DNA of 64,000 bases, taken from positions 117,329 through 181,328 of the forward strand of contig NW_018405607.1 in NCBI RefSeq assembly GCF_002113885.1. The letters are read 5' to 3'. Both the position numbers and the translations under genes were made by a program. The number at the start of each line of letters is the position of its first letter. The first letter of the stretch is position 1. The notes beneath the pieces were generated by a model that saw nothing but the letters and a program-made list of their open reading frames with translations, was not told the DNA's origin and did no database searches. Positions 61,601 to 64,000 of this stretch are shown here, piece after piece. The DNA comes from Mizuhopecten yessoensis. Its lineage: Eukaryota.

Positions 61601-63519
61601 GACTAAAGTGTTTAACGTTCACACAGGTAATGGAGTTAATGGGTTCAGTCCAAAGGTCAGTACTTACCAAAATCCTAAAAATGGTAGTTGTCATTTCCTA
61701 TTTTAGGTTCAACTGGTAACAACTGGTCCACCCGTTGTAAGTACAATGTGAGACAGCAGATCTTTGTTTAGTTTCTTTAATGCTCCCTTATAATTAGAAG
61801 ACACAGGAGGAAACGCCTTATTTTGCATGGGTTCTACGTTAGTCGCCTTTTACGACATTCAGTTGGATACAACAGGAGAATTCTTACCCAGAATCTGCTA
61901 CCATCGCAAGGAGGCAAATACACCAGCATACAACCACCAGCACACAAACACACATACATAACACACATACATAACACACATGGAGAAACGTACTTGAATA
62001 ACCTAGCTGTTACTAGTATTAGAACGCTTAACAATATAAAACCAAACCAAACTTCGTAATTTTACGTCGATTTAGTTGTTATTGTTATCTCCGTCTGAGT
62101 GGTGATATTTTATTTTTGTTAATTTACATCACTTGAGTTTTCTTTCTATTTTTTATAGCAGTTGTTGAAGTCAAATGTTCTACTTACACGAATCCTTCTA
62201 GTGTTATATTGAACAATATACTTTCGATCATGACTCTCCCGACGGCGGCTGTAGATATCAAAGATCAAAATCATAAACATAGTACAGGGTAACCTCTAGA
62301 CACAAGGTAAATACCGCACTAAATCTTAACTTGTGAGAAGATAAACTCATACATCTGCTATATCTTGGCTTTGGGAAAAATAAAAATCGTTTTCAGAATA
62401 CAGTACCTATTTTGACAGGTGTCATTTTCATGTAAAACTTACATTTAAGACATTTCATATGCTGCCCATGCTGAACATTTTTGCTAAGTTGCTTATAATT
62501 GGTTTCTTACTGTTGGGATGATGACACGGTCTGTATTAAAGGTATTTATCACAAATATATTTCCAAGATATTATGTAACATAATATTATCTAAAATTCAA
62601 AATTTAACATGTATTATTTCCAAATATTTGATCTTAATTATCGGAAATAAAAAAGAGTGCAATGTGATTAGAATTAGGACTACTCGATATTATTTTGCAG
62701 TTTTGTTTTAATATCTATGTATGTGAGGGGGAGGATGGGGGGGGGGATATACCATGCGAACTCTTACTATGAACCTGCTACCAACGCAGGGAAGCAAACA
62801 TACAGAACACACATGGAGACGCGTCCTTGAATGACCTAGCTGTTAATAGCGAACGCTCGTGTGTGAGCTTCATATGTAACACGTTCACGTACACGTAAAA
62901 GAAACCCCAGTCAAAATCTACCATGAAATCCCATAGACCTAGCAAGTCAATCTACTTGCATAATTAGGGAAATCGCGCGTGCACACATTCTGTTTATGGA
63001 ACCCGCCATTTTGGATCCACCGGATGTAGAATAATTTCCAATAAAAGCTATCTATTTTAATACAGAAACATACGGTCTCAAATAACGTTTCTTTTTCTTT
63101 TTCAATTTTAATGATTTATTTGACATTACGCCGATTTTCTTGCCCATACGTTTCTGTCGAGACCAAACCCAGCATAAACAGATAAAACCAGCGTTCAACG
63201 TCATCAGTCATTATGATGCGTGTATTTTAGGTTGTAAAAATAACAACACAATTATCATAGAAAAGTATCATATTGTGTGTGTGTAAGAAATCCGGTCATG
63301 GGTCCATGTAAAAGAGCAAAATTACGTAAGATACATGTTTTTGTCAGGAGTAAGGATGGAGGTTGTATTTATTTTTCATTTTCGTAGAGTCTACACACTC
63401 GGGTTCTACTTAGTGTTTCAAGCTACTGTTGCATTGAACAATATATTTCAGATCATGACTCTCCCGACGGCGGCTGTATATATCAAAGATCAAAATCGTG
63501 AACATAGTACAGGGTTAAA

Positions 63520-63680
63520 TACCGCACTAAATCTTAAATTGTGGGAGGATTAACTCATACCTCTAGACACAAGGTAAGTACCGCACTTAATCTTAACTTG
63601 TGGGAGGATTAACTCATACCTTTAGACACAAGGTAAGTACCGCACTAAATCTTAACTTGGGGGAGGATTAACTCATACAT
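63520..63680. repeat. 59-bp tandem repeat (about 2.7 copies) within a ~300-bp segment duplicated at 62175-62440
   Basis: accgcactaaatcttaacttgtgggaggattaactcatacctctagacacaaggtaagt. Confidence 0.9.
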
Positions 63681-64000
63681 CTGCTACATGTATGTCTAGG
63701 TTTTGGAAAATACAGGTCATTACTCAAATACAGTGACAGGTGTCATTTTCATATAAACATACACACACAAATGTTATATAATTTCCATGGTATATACCAG
63801 TGCTGCATTGCCTGTAATTGGTATTATTACTTCATCTCTGCATGCAACTGTGAAGATTGGAAGACTGACAAATATCATCGAAAACCACGATAACTATAAA
63901 GACAAGTTTGTTTTACTTGTAAGTGGTTTTATATAAATGCTTTTTTTTGGTTTAAATTTTCACAAGAATTATTGTGCGTATTCTGAATTAAATAAAAAAA

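Overview
AT-rich, intron-containing animal DNA, most likely a bivalve mollusc. That assignment is inferred from oyster-type Helentron/HINE elements, mollusc-type SINE tails and a C1q-domain gene. Three assembly gaps lie at 14659-15056, 34018-34169 and 36149-36229. Three protein-coding genes can be supported. (1) A spliced minus-strand gene (coding exons 14207-14174, 11684-11428, 5734-5030, 3710-3348; 452 aa) encodes a DegT/DnrJ/EryC1/StrS-type PLP-dependent aminotransferase-like protein. It ends in the peroxisomal-type tripeptide AKL and may have a second, alternative first coding exon at 19089-19059. (2) An intronless, secreted C1q-domain protein (46466-47572) has a 14-aa-repeat coiled-coil stalk. 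(3) An intronless type II membrane GT32/A4GNT-like glycosyltransferase (50721-52424) has two tandem GT domains, the first lacking DxD, and is preceded by a 39-bp VNTR made of mini-uORFs. The rest of the window is a mosaic of non-autonomous elements (Helentrons, Crypton-like hairpin elements, MITEs, a foldback element, tRNA-derived SINEs) and tandem repeats, including a 3.2-kb satellite with higher-order structure. All calls come from reading the sequence by eye; no searches were run.
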